Assembly (NCBI GenBank): GCA_964016885.1
Contig: OZ024740.1
Span: 316,262,001 to 316,326,000 of the forward strand
Source: Eledone cirrhosa
Lineage: Eukaryota
Direction: 5' to 3'
Length of the DNA: 64,000 nucleotides
In this document: positions 1-13,307 of the stretch, piece after piece
Numbering within the stretch: position 1 is the stretch's first letter
How the letters are laid out: each line of letters opens with the position of its first letter
Position numbers and translations under genes: made by a program
Notes under the pieces: model-generated
The model's input: only the letters and a program-made list of their open reading frames with translations
What the model was told of the DNA's origin: nothing
Database searches by the model: none

Positions 1-95
1 CTGCAACTACAAATAAAAAAATTGTTAGTTTGCTTTGTAACAATAGCATATCTAAGTTTTCAGATAAATCAACTTACTTTAACTTTGACCTCATT

Positions 96-1117
96 TCAAT
101 GGGACCCTTGAGCTTCATGGAGTCTAGCTAACTCTTTGACGTGAGGCTGAATTTTCCTAAGATGTAACCAGAGATCTCCACGTGTAATTACATTGTAGCG
201 GTTGCGAGCCTTACTGTGCAGTCTGGAAACAGCATCAAACCTCCTCTCGACTAAGTATTGGAAAAGGCAGAGCAAATCCCTTAGCCTCTGCATGTAGGTG
301 TGGAAATCGACGCTGAATTTCCTCTTGCATCCCAAAAAGAGGTTCACCTATTTTGGGAAATCTAATTTTGATCATGTCATTTGCTTGAAGTTCAATGAAT
401 ACTTCCTGAAATTTAACATCCAAATTGTTGACGTTAGCTATGAAGTGATCTGCTATCCACATTGGAATGTCCATCGGCAAAAGGTTGACAAACCATTCTC
501 TCATGTTGTCTTGAGCGCACAGAGGTGAGTGGAGTTGGTCATCGCTTACAATGTTTTGAACATTGGCGACACTAGAAAATTATAGAATTCCCGTCAACAA
601 AGATTCCTTTCGATGACATTCAATTTGGCCAGGAATGTTTTCACAGCATTCCTTGCTTTAAGCAAGGTGATCTTCTTCCCCTGCAAAGCCAAAATGACGC
701 TATTGCATTTGTCGAAGATGTCGGTGAGGTAGGACTTTTCTTGTACAGTTCTGTGTTGCGTCCTCGCAGAAACTCAATGATAGAGTCGAAGAGTTCAAAG
801 AAGTGAGTAAAGCACTTGCCCTTTGAAAGCCACCTCACTTCAGTATGAAGGAGCAACTTGATGAATTCTTTATCATTATCTTGGCACAGTTGCTGGAAAA
901 TTCGTTCTTTGAGGGAATGCCGTTTGATAAAATTGATGACATCAATGGCCACCTGCAAGGACTTGCTCAGCGGCTTGCTGAGTTTCTTCGCAGCGAAGTG
1001 TTGTCGATGAATGACACAATGAACAACAAATACAGATAGATTTTCTCTCTTCAGAAGAGTGACGAAACCCTTATGTTGGCCAACCATTGCTCTTGCGTCG
1101 TCCGTAGCACGATACAA
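96..1117 (-). mobile_element. hAT (Buster/Charlie; ZBED8/SCAND3-like) transposase relic, frameshifted
   Basis: Motifs TDDARAMVGQHKGF, HCVIHRQH, LLLHTEVRWLSKG and the C-terminal FPxxYLVERRF are spread over several frames. Confidence 0.85.
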
Positions 1118-1118
1118 T

Positions 1119-1322
1119 GTGTGTTGTATGTGGTCCTAGATGTATGTATTACCTGCCTGTATGTTGTATGTAGTCCTAGATGTATGTATTACATGCTTGT
1201 GTGTTGTATGTGGTCCTAGATGTATGTATTACCTGCCTGTGTGTTGTATATGGTCCTAGATGTATGTATTACCTGATTATGTGTTGTATGTGGTCCTAGA
1301 TGTTTGTATTACCTGATTATGT
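1119..1322. repeat. 40-bp minisatellite, ~5 copies
   Basis: GTCCTAGATGTATGTATTAC recurs at 1133, 1173, 1213, 1253, 1293. Confidence 0.95.
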
Positions 1323-1559
1323 GGTGGAATGGCTAGTGAAGTTAATATCACTAGCTATCCTCTGTAGCAATGCTTTCACCATTTTCTCCATGAGGCATAG
1401 CTAAAATATACTTCCTCACCAGGAATGTAAAGTTTGCCTCTCACTTCCTCTTTCTTCGTTATTAATTTTTTCTCCTCGTCCCTTTTTTTTCTCTCTCCCT
1501 GCTTATTATATATAGTAGTTCTATCAACATATTCCTTAATAGAAAAACAGTCAAGCCTT

Positions 1560-1665
1560 TAAGAAATAAAGTATCTTGCTTAAGGACACAATGTGCCACA
1601 GGGAATGAATTCACTTCTTTATGATCATGAGCCAAACACTTTAACCACTAAGACACATGTTTCCA
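1560..1665 (-). mobile_element. tRNA/CORE-type SINE fragment
   Basis: Minus strand has a tRNA-like head plus GTGTCCTTAAGCAAGATACTT, resembling the CORE domain; related copies at 44270 and 55945. Confidence 0.55.
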
Positions 1666-1683
1666 CAAAATAAAATAAGTACT

Positions 1684-1848
1684 AATAATTGTTTCTACTT
1701 TAGGCACACGGCCAGCAATTACCCAGTGCATTACTGGTACTTTATTTTATCGACCCCGTAAGGATGAAAGGCAAAGTTAACCTCGGCGGGATTTGAACTC
1801 AGAATGTAAAGGGACGTAACTATGTTAGAAAGCATGGCGTCCGACCCA
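1684..1848 (-). mobile_element. tRNA-headed SINE (family S1)
   Basis: B-box GAGTTCAAATCC, body GCCTTTCATCCTTACGGGGTCGATAAAATAAAGTACCAG, tail CCGTGTGCCTAAAGTAGAAACAATTATT. Confidence 0.85.
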
Positions 1849-1850
1849 AG

Positions 1851-2240
1851 GGAGGTGGATTGACAGAATTGGTAGAGCAGCAGATAAAATGCCATTGCAG
1901 TATTTGTTCTGACACTTTACATTCTGAGTTCAAATCCCACCAAGGACAACTTTGCCTTTTGTCCTTCCAGACAAGGGTCAGCTGAAAAGTTCATAGGCTG
2001 ACTATGAAGGAGTGATGCTAGAGCTGTGAAATCTTGCCTACATTAATTTCAACTCTTATTAATAACTGCATTGTTTCTTTCCAGGGACTATGTTGAAAAA
2101 TAAACCTCATTTGGTCATTCCATGAGAGTATCTTGGTCAGCCTAGGAACTTTTCAGCCGATCCTTGTACTTGAGTTTATTTAATCAACTTTGTCTTTTCC
2201 CAAAATTTGCTGGCCTTGTGCCTAAATTAGAAATCAATAA
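1851..2240 (+). mobile_element. SINE S1 interrupted by a MITE
   Basis: A-box-like TGACAGAATTGG and B-box GAGTTCAAATCC; tail resumes after 2168. Confidence 0.8.
1972..2166. mobile_element. Mariner-like MITE
   Basis: ~31-bp TIRs CAAGGGTCAGCTGAAAAGTTCATAGGCTGAC / GTCAGCCTAGGAACTTTTCAGCCGATCCTTG; 3' TA; second copy at 31594. Confidence 0.85.
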
Positions 2241-2699
2241 TATACTGGATTAGATTCAATTGATTATAAGCATGTCTCCTTGTTAAATGATCATACCCAT
2301 CCGATGCTTTAGAAGCGACTGCTAACTTTAACAACCGCTGAATGACTATACCGATTTTGCATGCACACGCTGATAGGGTATATTCTTTGGCATATTTCAA
2401 TCGGTTTGACACTAATCCTAGCAACAAAGGTCACATAGATTCTTTTCCGACAAACATCCAAAGTTCCTTCAGATCCCCCGATAATGGATGTGAAATCCGA
2501 AATATAGGGACGAATAAATCTATTCCCATGTAACTTCATCTCTGGTTTTCATTTCATTTTACATTTCTTTACCGCTTTATCTCTTTTCTTCCTACTGCTA
2601 CCTGATTTTGTTACCTGAAGATTTAGCCATCTGTTGAAGCTTTCAAAATGACCTTTTTTCAATAACTTAATATTTTACTGTTTCTCTTTTAATTGTTGA

Positions 2700-2822
<123 letters not shown>

Positions 2823-2982
2823 TAATTTATTTAATCAATACATCCACCAGTAACTTTACATGAAGAGCCAGATTAGGTCTTTTTGAGGCCTAAAATATTA
2901 TGACCCCATTCCCCATATAAAGTCTGCAAAAATTTTTTTCTTTTTGGAATAACAAATACAATCAATACCGGGGCCTGACTGC

Positions 2983-3171
2983 TTCCATTTTGTACTGCTT
3001 GCTGTTGAGACTTCAGGTATCCTTGATCCCTGCAGTGCTTATTTCCTTTCTAAAATTGGAAAGACAGCAGCCTGCTTGGGGAAGGAACTCCTTGAAGTGG
3101 GGTGGCTGTTGCAGCAGGTGTCTCTGGCCATTCTCTGTAACTATACCTTTGCCATTTTATCTGCAGGATGA
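2983..3171 (+). mobile_element. CRE-clade non-LTR retrotransposon 3' fragment
   Basis: FHFVLLAVETSGILDP...WLLQQVSLAILCNYTFAILSAG* matches the CRE C-terminal pattern FvPfAVETlG...QRlSiAIqrGNA. Confidence 0.7.
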
Positions 3172-3998
3172 AGCTGAAACATTGCTCAGACTGAGGTGTA
3201 GAGTCTGTCACTCCCTCCCTTTCATTGCTTAATTCCTTTTTTCTTCTTTTCCTCTCTTCTATTTTGTTTCTGAATTCTGTTTTAACGCCCACTTTCTTTG
3301 TTTGCAAGGTTTGGACAGGTCTACATAGACGAAGTCAGTATTGATCTGTGAAAACCCGTCCAACCCTTGCTAGCAGAGAAAGCAGATGTTAAAATGATGG
3401 TGATGATGAGGATTGTCATGTATAATTTGCAGTAATAAAATGAAAATAAATTCCATTATATAAAAAAAAATCAATTTCAATAAAATGGCACCATTCTTCC
3501 TTTGGTGTTATATGTATGCATTTATTTTGCTTAATGGTTAACCCATCCCTGCTGTTAAATATATGCAAAATAGTTAAACACTATTGTATTCTATTGAAAT
3601 TTTACATCCATTTTCTTCATACAAGTATTACAACATGCGATGACCTTTCCAAATGACAACCATTCAACCATAATACTTTCACCAATGGGGGCATGAAAAC
3701 CTAATTTTCAATAGTACAAAAACTCAAACATACACATGCATATGTCAGACATGTAGACCAGTTAAGGAAGAACGCATTGATCATTTGTTTTTGCTTTGAA
3801 CCGTTTTCATTTCACATTTGAAAAGAGGGTAATAGCCCTGAAATATTGTGTTGAAATATACTGGGTAAAACATTACTTTGTTTTGTTGTATTTGTCATCA
3901 TTTCTCCTTTATATATTTCTACCCCATTATACCAGCTTTTTAAAACTTCTCAGTCAAACATTACACATCTGTTTGAAAGAATCTTCCACCTCAATACC

Positions 3999-4195
3999 TA
4001 GGGCTGGTTTAAGTCCTTTTGAGGCTCTAAAATCTTCTAAGATTATGTCGCCACCTGCCATTTAAAATCCACAAAAAGAAATATGCTGGAGGGAAGGGCA
4101 AAAACAGTATACATTTAATATGAATAAAATGGTGTCTCACTTCCCCTGATGCCCTAAACACATGCTTATTTTGTATACTGATCAATCCAGCTCTG
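3999..4195. mobile_element. MITE with (C/T)AGGGCTGG termini (hAT/Harbinger-like)
   Basis: TAGGGCTGGTTTAA...TCAATCCAGCTCTG; relatives near 2866, 7915 and 9541-9973. Confidence 0.5.
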
Positions 4196-4289
4196 TCTAC
4201 ATGTCAATAAGTTGCTGTTTGTCCTTCTATATGTCTGTTTATGTATAAGTATGTTTATGTTTATTGATTGTTGTCATTTGTTTGTCCAG

Positions 4290-4413
4290 GCTGTCTGTAC
4301 TTGATGAGGACACCATTGGCTATGATTTCATTGGAGAATACAAAGTACCACTTATTCAGTTAAAAAGAAACCAAACTAAACGCTACTCTGTCTTATTAGA
4401 AGAACATCAACCT
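4290..4413 (+). CDS. RPH3A: Rabphilin/DOC2-like C2A exon (LSVLDEDTIGYDFIGEYKVPLIQLKRNQTKRYSVLLEEHQP)
   Basis: tttgtccAG acceptor, GTAAG donor, phase 2 to 0, DED..DFIGE Ca2+ loop. Confidence 0.93.
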
Positions 4414-5555
4414 GTAAGAAGACTATTAAAATTATTGAATAATTTTATGAACTTTTTACTCATATGTGTTATGGCTAGCATGATGATGATGATGATGATG
4501 ATGGTGGTGGTGTTGGTGGTGCTGGCAGCAGTGGTGGTGTTGGTGGTCATTATTATTATTTCATATCCACTTTCCACACTGGCATGAGTTGAACTGGTTC
4601 TCATGGTCTGAGACGTTATGTCCTTGTGTAAGACACTTTATTTCACATTGCTCCTTCAGCCAGGAGTTACAACCAGTAGAAAATATTAGCAATTGGAAAG
4701 ACTCATGGAAACATTGTTTCCTTGTTCTGATCAGATAAGATCCACCCCACTTGATAAGCCAATGAGGTCTGAGATCTTGTCAATCATTTTAAAAAAAAAA
4801 AAAAAATTAATTTTGATAGTTTTAAATTTCAAAATATTTTATTTTTATCAGTCTTAAAATCCAAAGCAAGCTACCTAATGCTATCGTGAACTGGTGTATA
4901 AGTTACATATTTTTTTATCCCCAAATCTAGTGTACACCAAGTCTTTTATTACTATACAATTGAAAAATACACCTCTTCCTTCCTTAATGTCATGGAAAGA
5001 AATGGTGCATTTTATACACAGACATATCTCAAAGGCTAAAGCTGAAATATATGCTAGTTCCTATGTAAATTAAATGAGGATAACCTAATTAATTGTAAGT
5101 AGGAAGTCATTACGAATATAAACTAATTAGTAGTTCACAGTATTTATGTAATGATGTAAGAAAACAATGATTTTAATACTAACCCCTAACACCAGCCCAT
5201 CTGAACACTCAGTAGAGTGCTGGATCTTATGTTATTGAGTTGCAACCCACCCCTCAGCCTGTCTGAGAGGTCTGCAGCTCAGCCCGAGTACTGACTTGGT
5301 CTGTAACAACTCATCCAACCCTTGTTAACAGGGTAAAATGGATGTTAAATGATGATGGTTATGACAATGACCAACATCACAACAACAATGACAACATAAG
5401 AGTAGAGTTATTGCAATATTTTGATTGATAAAATGGCTCCAGATTAAGATAAGATAGCAATAGAGAGAGTCCAACTGAACAATAAGGTTCAGCTGAGCTC
5501 TATATTACAAATAGTGTTTTTATATATTTATATATATATAGATAAACATATATAT

Positions 5556-5817
5556 CATCATCATCATCATCATCATCATTGAACATCTGCGTTTGGTGCT
5601 AGCAAGGGTTGGACAGGTTTACATAGACCAAGATAGTACCAAAGCAGGGCAACTGACATCCCAGACAGGTTGATGAGGTCTGTATCGAGTGCAGAGGAAA
5701 AGTTGTCATGTCGTTTGACACAAACTGGAGGATCCTTTTAAGCCCTTGTTTGGCAAGCTTTCTATGGCTGGATGCCCTTCTTAACACCAACCACTTTACA
5801 GCATGTACTGGGTGCTT
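5556..5817 (-). mobile_element. Short RTE-tailed (bipartite) retroelement
   Basis: GGTGTTAAGAAGGGCATCCAGC motif plus CCCTTGCTAGC...(GAT)n tail; similar copies near 7350, 8140, 15215, 37440, 37930, 52550. Confidence 0.75.
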
Positions 5818-6002
5818 ATATATATATATATGTGTGCCTGTATGTGTAAGATAATTAGGTAATGAAAATCAGGAGTGTTAAACATAACTATGTATTATGG
5901 TTTTATGCACATTTGTTATAAATATTTATTTCATGACTTATTAGTACACAAAATCAAATAAAGTTGTGCATTCTTTAAAGAGACTTTATTTGTTTAAAAT
6001 AA

Positions 6003-6164
<162 letters not shown>

Positions 6165-6247
6165 TAAGTCTTCTCATTTTAGTTTGTTTTGTTTTTGATA
6201 TAATCCTTGTCACATATTTTTTTAATCTATTTTAGAATGAGTTGGAT

Positions 6248-6445
6248 AATATTTCACATTCAACAATGTGATTCAAGGCTGGAGATATTTCACATTTACA
6301 GATGTAATTAAAGACTGGAGAGGATATTTCATATTTTCAGATGAGTTTTAGGGCTGGAGATATATCACATTTACAGATGTAATTCAAGACTGGAGATGAT
6401 ATTTCATATTTTCAGATGTGTATTAAGGCTGGATGTTTCATATTC
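6248..6445. repeat. ~36-39 bp minisatellite, ~5 copies
   Basis: CTGGAGATATTTCACATTTACAGATG recurs. Confidence 0.8.
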
Positions 6446-6529
6446 TCCTGAATTAGGAGGTAGAAATGGTATCTAACTCTGAAGTGTGTAATATAGAGTG
6501 TCTCTCATCTACAACACCCATGTATTGTC

Positions 6530-6720
6530 ACAATAACACTACACCTGATATTCCCCCTCCATACACACACACAAACATGTGTGTCTGTGTGTGTATCATA
6601 ACTAATACACTGTTCCCTTTCCTGACATCTATACATTATTCTCTGTACTATACATGCACCTTTGATGAGTTGTAGTGCACCTGAATACTGTACACAATCA
6701 TTTTCATTATTATTATTATC
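6530..6720 (+). mobile_element. CR1 LINE 3' tail fragment
   Basis: Matches 43730-43900 (GATGAGTTGTAGTGCACCTGA...TTCATTATTATT). Confidence 0.85.
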
Positions 6721-6725
6721 ATCTG

Positions 6726-7050
6726 AGGGCAGTGATTTGGCAGAATCAGTAAAGCGTTGGACACCCTGCTTCATGAATGACAGAGTTACGGCCCTTTGCG
6801 ATCTGAGTTTAAATCCCGCCGTGGTTAAATTTGCCTTTCATCCTTATGGGGTTGATAAAATAAAGTACCAGCCACGCACTGGGGTTGATTTAATCAACTT
6901 TCCCTCCCCCAAAATGACTGTCCTTGTGCTAAATTAGAAAACATTATTAAGGTTAACTTTGCTTTTCATCCTTACGGGGTCGAGAAAATAAAGTACCAGT
7001 AATACACTGGGATAATTGCTGGCCTTGTGCCAAAAGTAGAAACAATTATT
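6726..7050 (+). mobile_element. SINE S1 full copy plus tandem 3'-half copy
   Basis: A/B boxes and body; the body and tail are repeated from 6949. Confidence 0.8.
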
Positions 7051-7610
7051 AATATCATTTGAATAAAGTTATAAACCCTTAACAGCCTGTACCACATGAA
7101 ACCACATCAGCAATATATTCTTGAAAAGTATAACACAGCAGTACAATGACTGCATCACATTAAAAGTTAAAGTCTTTCGACAATGGGTGATCGACGACGA
7201 TGATGATGATGGTAATGATGATCTGTCCTCTAGTAAAAATATTTATAAATATTTTCAGACATTTTCAGCTAAATCCTTACAGGATGTTAAGAGTTAATTA
7301 CCTTTAACACACAAAACTTGATTGTGTTTGGAGAATAGAAAGCGATATTGTCATCATCGTTTAATGTCCACTTTCCACGCTAGCATGGATTAGATGGGTT
7401 GTCCCATTAGAGGCAAGTTGGTCAGGTGACCGTGTTGTGCTCATATAGAACTGTTTCTGGCTAGGTTTCTACAGCTGGATGCCCTTCCTAATGCCAACCA
7501 CATTTACAGTGAGTATAGTTAGTAATAAAGAGGATGAATTTAAAAGCAGTTAAAAATGATTTAGTAAGTGTTTGATAATGTATCTAATTTCAGTTTTTAA
7601 TTTTCTTTAG

Positions 7611-7692
7611 ATATTTGAAACCTGATCCAGACAAGAAATCAAAATTTAAAACAGAAACTAAGAGAAAAACGTTAAACCCTGAATATAATGAG
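7611..7692 (+). CDS. RPH3A: Rabphilin/DOC2-like C2B exon (YLKPDPDKKSKFKTETKRKTLNPEYNE)
   Basis: ttttctttAG / GTTAGT, phase 2 to 0, polybasic strand and TLNPEYNE. Confidence 0.95.
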
Positions 7693-8620
7693 GTTAGTAT
7701 ATATTTACATTTCAAACCTGTTTATTGTTGCAATTGTCTTCGTTGTTTTCATTGCCGCCACCATCATTATTGTCGCTTTTACATCCACTTTCTGCACTGG
7801 AAAAGGTTGGACAGGTTATTACATTCTGAGGTTAGACCAGTAAGACGACCATGTTTGACTTATTATGTTCCATATTTGACATGGTTTCTATGGTTAGATG
7901 CCCTTTTTGGGGGGGCGGATGGGATGACAAATACATTTAATTTGAATAAAATGGTATCTCACTTCCTTTGATGACATAAACAGGAGCTTATTGTAATTAA
8001 TTGTCAATCCATCTCTGATTGAGGCATGCTACATACATCTGTTGTCTGTTTTTTCATAAGATAGTCAGAAGAGTAAAATCAGATTCAATGAGACACCCTT
8101 TGAAACAGGTGAGAGGAAGGGAGATCTTGATATTCTCAGCTACTGTAAATGTGGTTGGCGTTAGGAAGGGCATCCAGCCTTAGAAACCAAGCCAGAAACA
8201 ATTCTATATGAGCATGACACAGTCACCTGATCCAACTTACTTCTAATTGGACAACCTGTCTAACCCATGCTAGCATGGAAAATGGATGTTAAATGATGGT
8301 GATGATGATAATGGTTGTGCCTACAATCAAATATAATTGTTTCTACATTTGGCACATAACCAGCAATTTGAAGAGAAAGAGAAAGTCAATTAAATTAATC
8401 CCAGTATGTTACTGGTAAAAATATTATTGAAGCTATTGATGTATATGTGTGCATGTGTTTGTATGTGGGGGAGGGGGATTTTTATGTGTGTGTATGTGGG
8501 GGTGTGGGCTTTTGCGTATGTGTATGTGGTTTTTATGTGTGCATGTGTATGTGTGATTGTTTGGATGAGATATAGAAAACCGCTTGACAGTTAAAAAGAA
8601 CAATGTACATATACTGTTGA

Positions 8621-8809
<189 letters not shown>

Positions 8810-10046
8810 TGATGATCATATTATTTTATCTTATTGATCTCTATCAGTTTTGGCAATAGTTGATCTAGTTGTTTGATCAACAGAAAAGCGAAATTCTCAT
8901 ACAGCATACCACTGATACATGTAACCTTAACATAACTCTCAGGAAGATTCAGTATGGCTGGTCCATTGAATTACAGGTACAGCCTATTTGACAAGCTTCC
9001 AAACAACTTCCATCATCATCATCATCGTTTTTTAACATCTATTTTCCATGCTAGAATGGATTAGATGAGCTGTCTTATTGTAAGACAAGCCTCTGGGTTT
9101 CCTGCCAGCTGGTTTTGTCAGTAAAATTTCTCCTGAGACATTCTAACCACATGCCCATAATATCAGAGTTATGATTTCTCAATTGGTTATTTTCAAAATT
9201 AATTAAAACACATAAGCTGTATATTTCATCTAAAATATAGTAATGAAACACTTAGGTATCTTTACATGGGAGATAGAGCTGTGCTTGTGATACAACAGAC
9301 TTTGTTTTTGCTAGAGGTTGGTATTTTATTAATATGGCCTATCGCAATCTTCAAAAGAATCAGTTATTCCAAATAACATTATACAACACTGTCATTGGTT
9401 GAATGGCTGTCATTATAGTATGGTTGAATGGTTGTCATTTAAAAAGGTCATCACAATTTGTAATACTTGTGTGAAGAAAAATAGATGTAAAATTGCAATA
9501 AAATACAATAATGTCTAACTATTTTGCATATATTCAACAACAGGGCTGGATTAAGCAATAAGCAAAATAAACATGATTAGAGTATTAAAGGAATGGAAGC
9601 ACCATTTTATTCAAATTAACCATTTTGATAATATAACTAACTGCCTGAAACTGCACTTGGTTTTACAATGCAAAGCTGTTTATTTTAAATTATCTATATC
9701 CATCTAAAATCCTTTCATCATAATTTTATGTAAAAACTATTTATTAAGTTATTCTCCATACAGCTTAATAATGAGATAGTTAGTTATATTGATAAACCCC
9801 TTCGAATTTTTGATTATTTTCAAAATTGTTTCAAAATTATAGGGAATGGCTTTCATTAGAAATATGGTAAAACATTTTTTTTTTTTACAGACTATATATA
9901 TATATGGAGTGGGGGGTAGACACACTATAATCTTGTAGTTGCTTATGGCCTAAAAAGGAATGACCTGGCCCTGCACTACACACCTACACACACACACAGG
10001 CACACATGCATACATCCTAGTATATAACATATTATTAACATTCCAG

Positions 10047-10168
10047 GAGGACTTGAATTTGGATGTCATTCCAAAGGCGACAGATTACAACACTGGTACG
10101 AGATGTTAAGGAATCCTGATCAGAAAGTGGAATACTGGCATGTACTAACACCAGATTTTTGTCCATGA
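10047..10168 (+). CDS. RPH3A: Rabphilin/DOC2-like last coding exon (GGLEFGCHSKGDRLQHWYEMLRNPDQKVEYWHVLTPDFCP*)
   Basis: ttccAG acceptor, phase 1, KG.RL.HW...WH.L terminus, TGA at 10166-10168. Confidence 0.93.
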
Positions 10169-10492
10169 AGGCCGCCTTTAATCTCTGGAACAGCATTCTT
10201 CACAAAGTGAGTGAATTTTATATTTCTTTGTATTTTGAGAAAATCCTTCTTCTCCCTTTTTTTTAATGGGAGTTAGTTCAGATAAACATTGAGCATCAGA
10301 ATTCATCATTTCATCAATAGGACCTGCCTTGTGAATAAATGTAGATTCTGAAGTTGTATTTATCTAACAAGTGATTTGATCTGAGACCATGTGTTGAAAC
10401 TAAAACAATTACAGCCTGGGAGAGTCATTTTAGCCAGTTAATGATGTCAAAATGTTTATACCAACAAATAAATGATATATATATATATGTAT

Positions 10493-10656
<164 letters not shown>

Positions 10657-10853
10657 GGAGTTCAAAAGTCCGGCCATCCAAAGACTGGTTAATCTATGGT
10701 AATCCATGATGGGTGAAGAGTTCCAAGGCTCCAGGTAATTATCCAGGTTCAAATGGTCCAGGTTCACATGTTAAGTGTATGAAACTTTGTTTATACTAAA
10801 TAAGCTCTCTTGCAACAGGTTGAACACTGTTTTCCTTGATCCTTCATCTACAG

Positions 10854-10892
<39 letters not shown>

Positions 10893-10895
<3 letters not shown>

Positions 10896-11761
10896 TCATC
10901 ATCATCATCATCATCGTTTAACGTCCATATTCCACGCTTGTATGGGTCTGGACGGGAGTTTTCCCACTTGAGGCAAGAGTGGTTGTCTTGCTCGCATAGG
11001 ACTGTCTGGCGGGTTTTCTACAGCTGGATGCCCTTCCTAACACCAACCACATTTACAGTGTGGGGCTGGGAGGTTTTTACCGTGTTGCCTACACGGCCAC
11101 ATTACAGCGTGGACTGTCTGGCGGGTTTTCTACAGCTGGATGCCCTTCCTAACACCAACCACATTTACAGTGTGGGTCTGGGAGGTTTTTACCATGTTAC
11201 CTACACGGCCACATTACAGCGTGGACTGTCTGGCGGGTTTTCTACAGTTGGATGCCCTTCCTAACACCAACCACATTTACAGTGTGGGTCTGGGAGGTTT
11301 TTACCGTGTTGCCTACACGGCCACATTACAGTGTGGACTGTGTGTTTTTTTGTCGTGACACCTACACGACCTCATTTGTTTCGGGCTGGATGTTGTGACA
11401 CCAACATAACTTTACATTGAAAGGGGTGGTGTGGATGGGGTGTGGGTAGTGGGACGGGGGTGTATTTTGTTAGAGGTGCCTACTGACTGTAGTAGGTTTC
11501 ACTTTGTACTTAAGTAAGGCAGGTCTTCTCTATTACTGTGTAGTACCAAAGCTCTCGGTCCAGTGACATTGTCTTGGAGAGGTGTAAATGTGTGAGGTCG
11601 GAATTTATCAAGTCATCCCAGGTTTTTCTGGGTCTGCCTACTCCGTGGCTACCATCTATTTTTATTGCCCTGCACTTTTTTATACAGCTGTCGTCTTTCA
11701 TGCGCATCACGTGACCATACCAACGTAGCCTTCTCTCGAGTAAACAAGATCTGATCCCTCT

Positions 11762-11762
<1 letters not shown>
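10893..11762 (-). mobile_element. 5'-truncated RTE LINE family B with an internal 3 x 112 bp duplication
   Basis: [12 protein letters not shown]...GRPRKTW C-terminus, long 3'UTR, (GAT)n tail, (TA)n on both flanks. Confidence 0.9.
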
Positions 11763-11800
<38 letters not shown>

Positions 11801-12385
11801 TGTAGTAAAGTTAATAGTTTTGAGTGTTTTGAAATGGATAAAAGAACTCTTCCATGCAGCATTAATTATTAATAAATTTATTCTAGTGAAATGCTGTTGT
11901 ATGTAAAGTAAGATTGTACATAAACCATTTTGACCAGAGGCTAAGGAGACCGTGAAAGACATGGGAGGAGAAGGAAATAGAGAGAGAGAGAGAGAGCCCT
12001 TAGTATCATGCAATTAGATCTTTGATGCTACAAATATAATTTACTGATGATAATTATGAAGTAGAAGTGTCACTGTTACCTCCACTCCTCACTGACAATA
12101 TCATCATAACATTTGAACATGACTAATGACAGCCATTATATATTTATTCCAACTGCTGTTACAACAGAATTTTGCTACCACAAAAAAAATCATAAGAACT
12201 AACAACTTCTCCTCTGCACTCAATAGAACATATGACGATATGTAAGCAGACCCCTCAGCCTGTCTAGGAGGTCAGTAGCCCTACTTCAGTACTATGTAGA
12301 CCTGTCCAACTCTTGCTAGCAGTGAAAGTGGACATTAAATGATGATGATGATGATTCCTTTTTTTCTTTTTGTTTATTTAAAACA

Positions 12386-12610
12386 TAAAGTGACAAATTG
12401 GCAGAATCATCAGAGCATTGGTATTTGTTCTGGCTTTCTGTGGTCAAATCCCACTGAGGTTAATTTTGCCTTTTATCCTTTTAAGGTCAATAAATAAAGT
12501 ACCAGTACAGAGGCAGTAGATTAGATTGACAGAATTATTAAACAATCAGACAACATGCTTTGTAGTATTTGATCTGGCTCTGAGTATTCTGAGTTCAAAT
12601 CTGACCCCTT
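12386..12610 (+). mobile_element. Two tandem partial SINE S1 copies
   Basis: A/B-box heads near 12398 and 12525. Confidence 0.65.
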
Positions 12611-13307
12611 TCTGTCTGCCAGGACAGAGAGTATCAGCAATGGAACAAAACAAATAAACAAACAAAAAACATGGTTTCTTCAGTCCAGTCAGAATATCAG
12701 ATCCTTTCTTTATTTAAGTTTCTCTTACAGTTAATTATTTTTCTTCCACTTTACAAATTTGATATCATTTATCATATTTTATTATATGAGTATATTTACA
12801 AAACCAAACAGTGACAATGGATATAATTAATATTTATATTCCCTACAAAATTGAATTTTGTAGCTAGTTATTCCAAGCAAACTCTATGGTATGTATGGAA
12901 CAATAGATATTGTCCAAAAAGGTACAGTCCAGTATTGATCTTAAATATGTTGCAATGTAAAGCAGTGGTAATTCAATGTTTTGTTTGTAGTATTGTTTGT
13001 GCTTTTATTACATTTTTGTTGTCTTTACTTTTCTCCCCAGCCTTTCCGTTTTTCTGCAAAAATTCCCATTTTGTACAAATATTTGCTTTTTACAATTATT
13101 CTTTGCATTAATAGAGATTTTCTATAATGTTTTTATTGTCATTTTTATGTTCTACTGGTCACAATATTTTCCTTGTTGATAAAAGCTTCATGTCACTTAT
13201 TCTGATAAGACTGTCGGAAAGGCATTACTCTCATTACTTCTAGTTGTCCATATAAAATAGCCTATTGTATCATAGAGATACCACTGAAGAATTCTTCTTC
13301 ATACACA

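Noticed and set aside
4480-4560. Transmembrane-like extension of ORF 4264-4587
   Set aside because: Intronic (ATG)/(GTG)n repeat read past the donor at 4414.
7190-7225. C/D box snoRNA from ATGATGA motifs
   Set aside because: The motifs come from ubiquitous (GAT)n tails; no terminal stem or guide sequence was identified.
10166-10175. Readthrough or selenocysteine at the rabphilin TGA
   Set aside because: The stop falls where homologues end, lacks the TGA-CTA context, and no SECIS is evident.
13200-13230. CTGATAAGACTGTCGGAAA as a hammerhead
   Set aside because: Core deviates and stem II has no viable loop.
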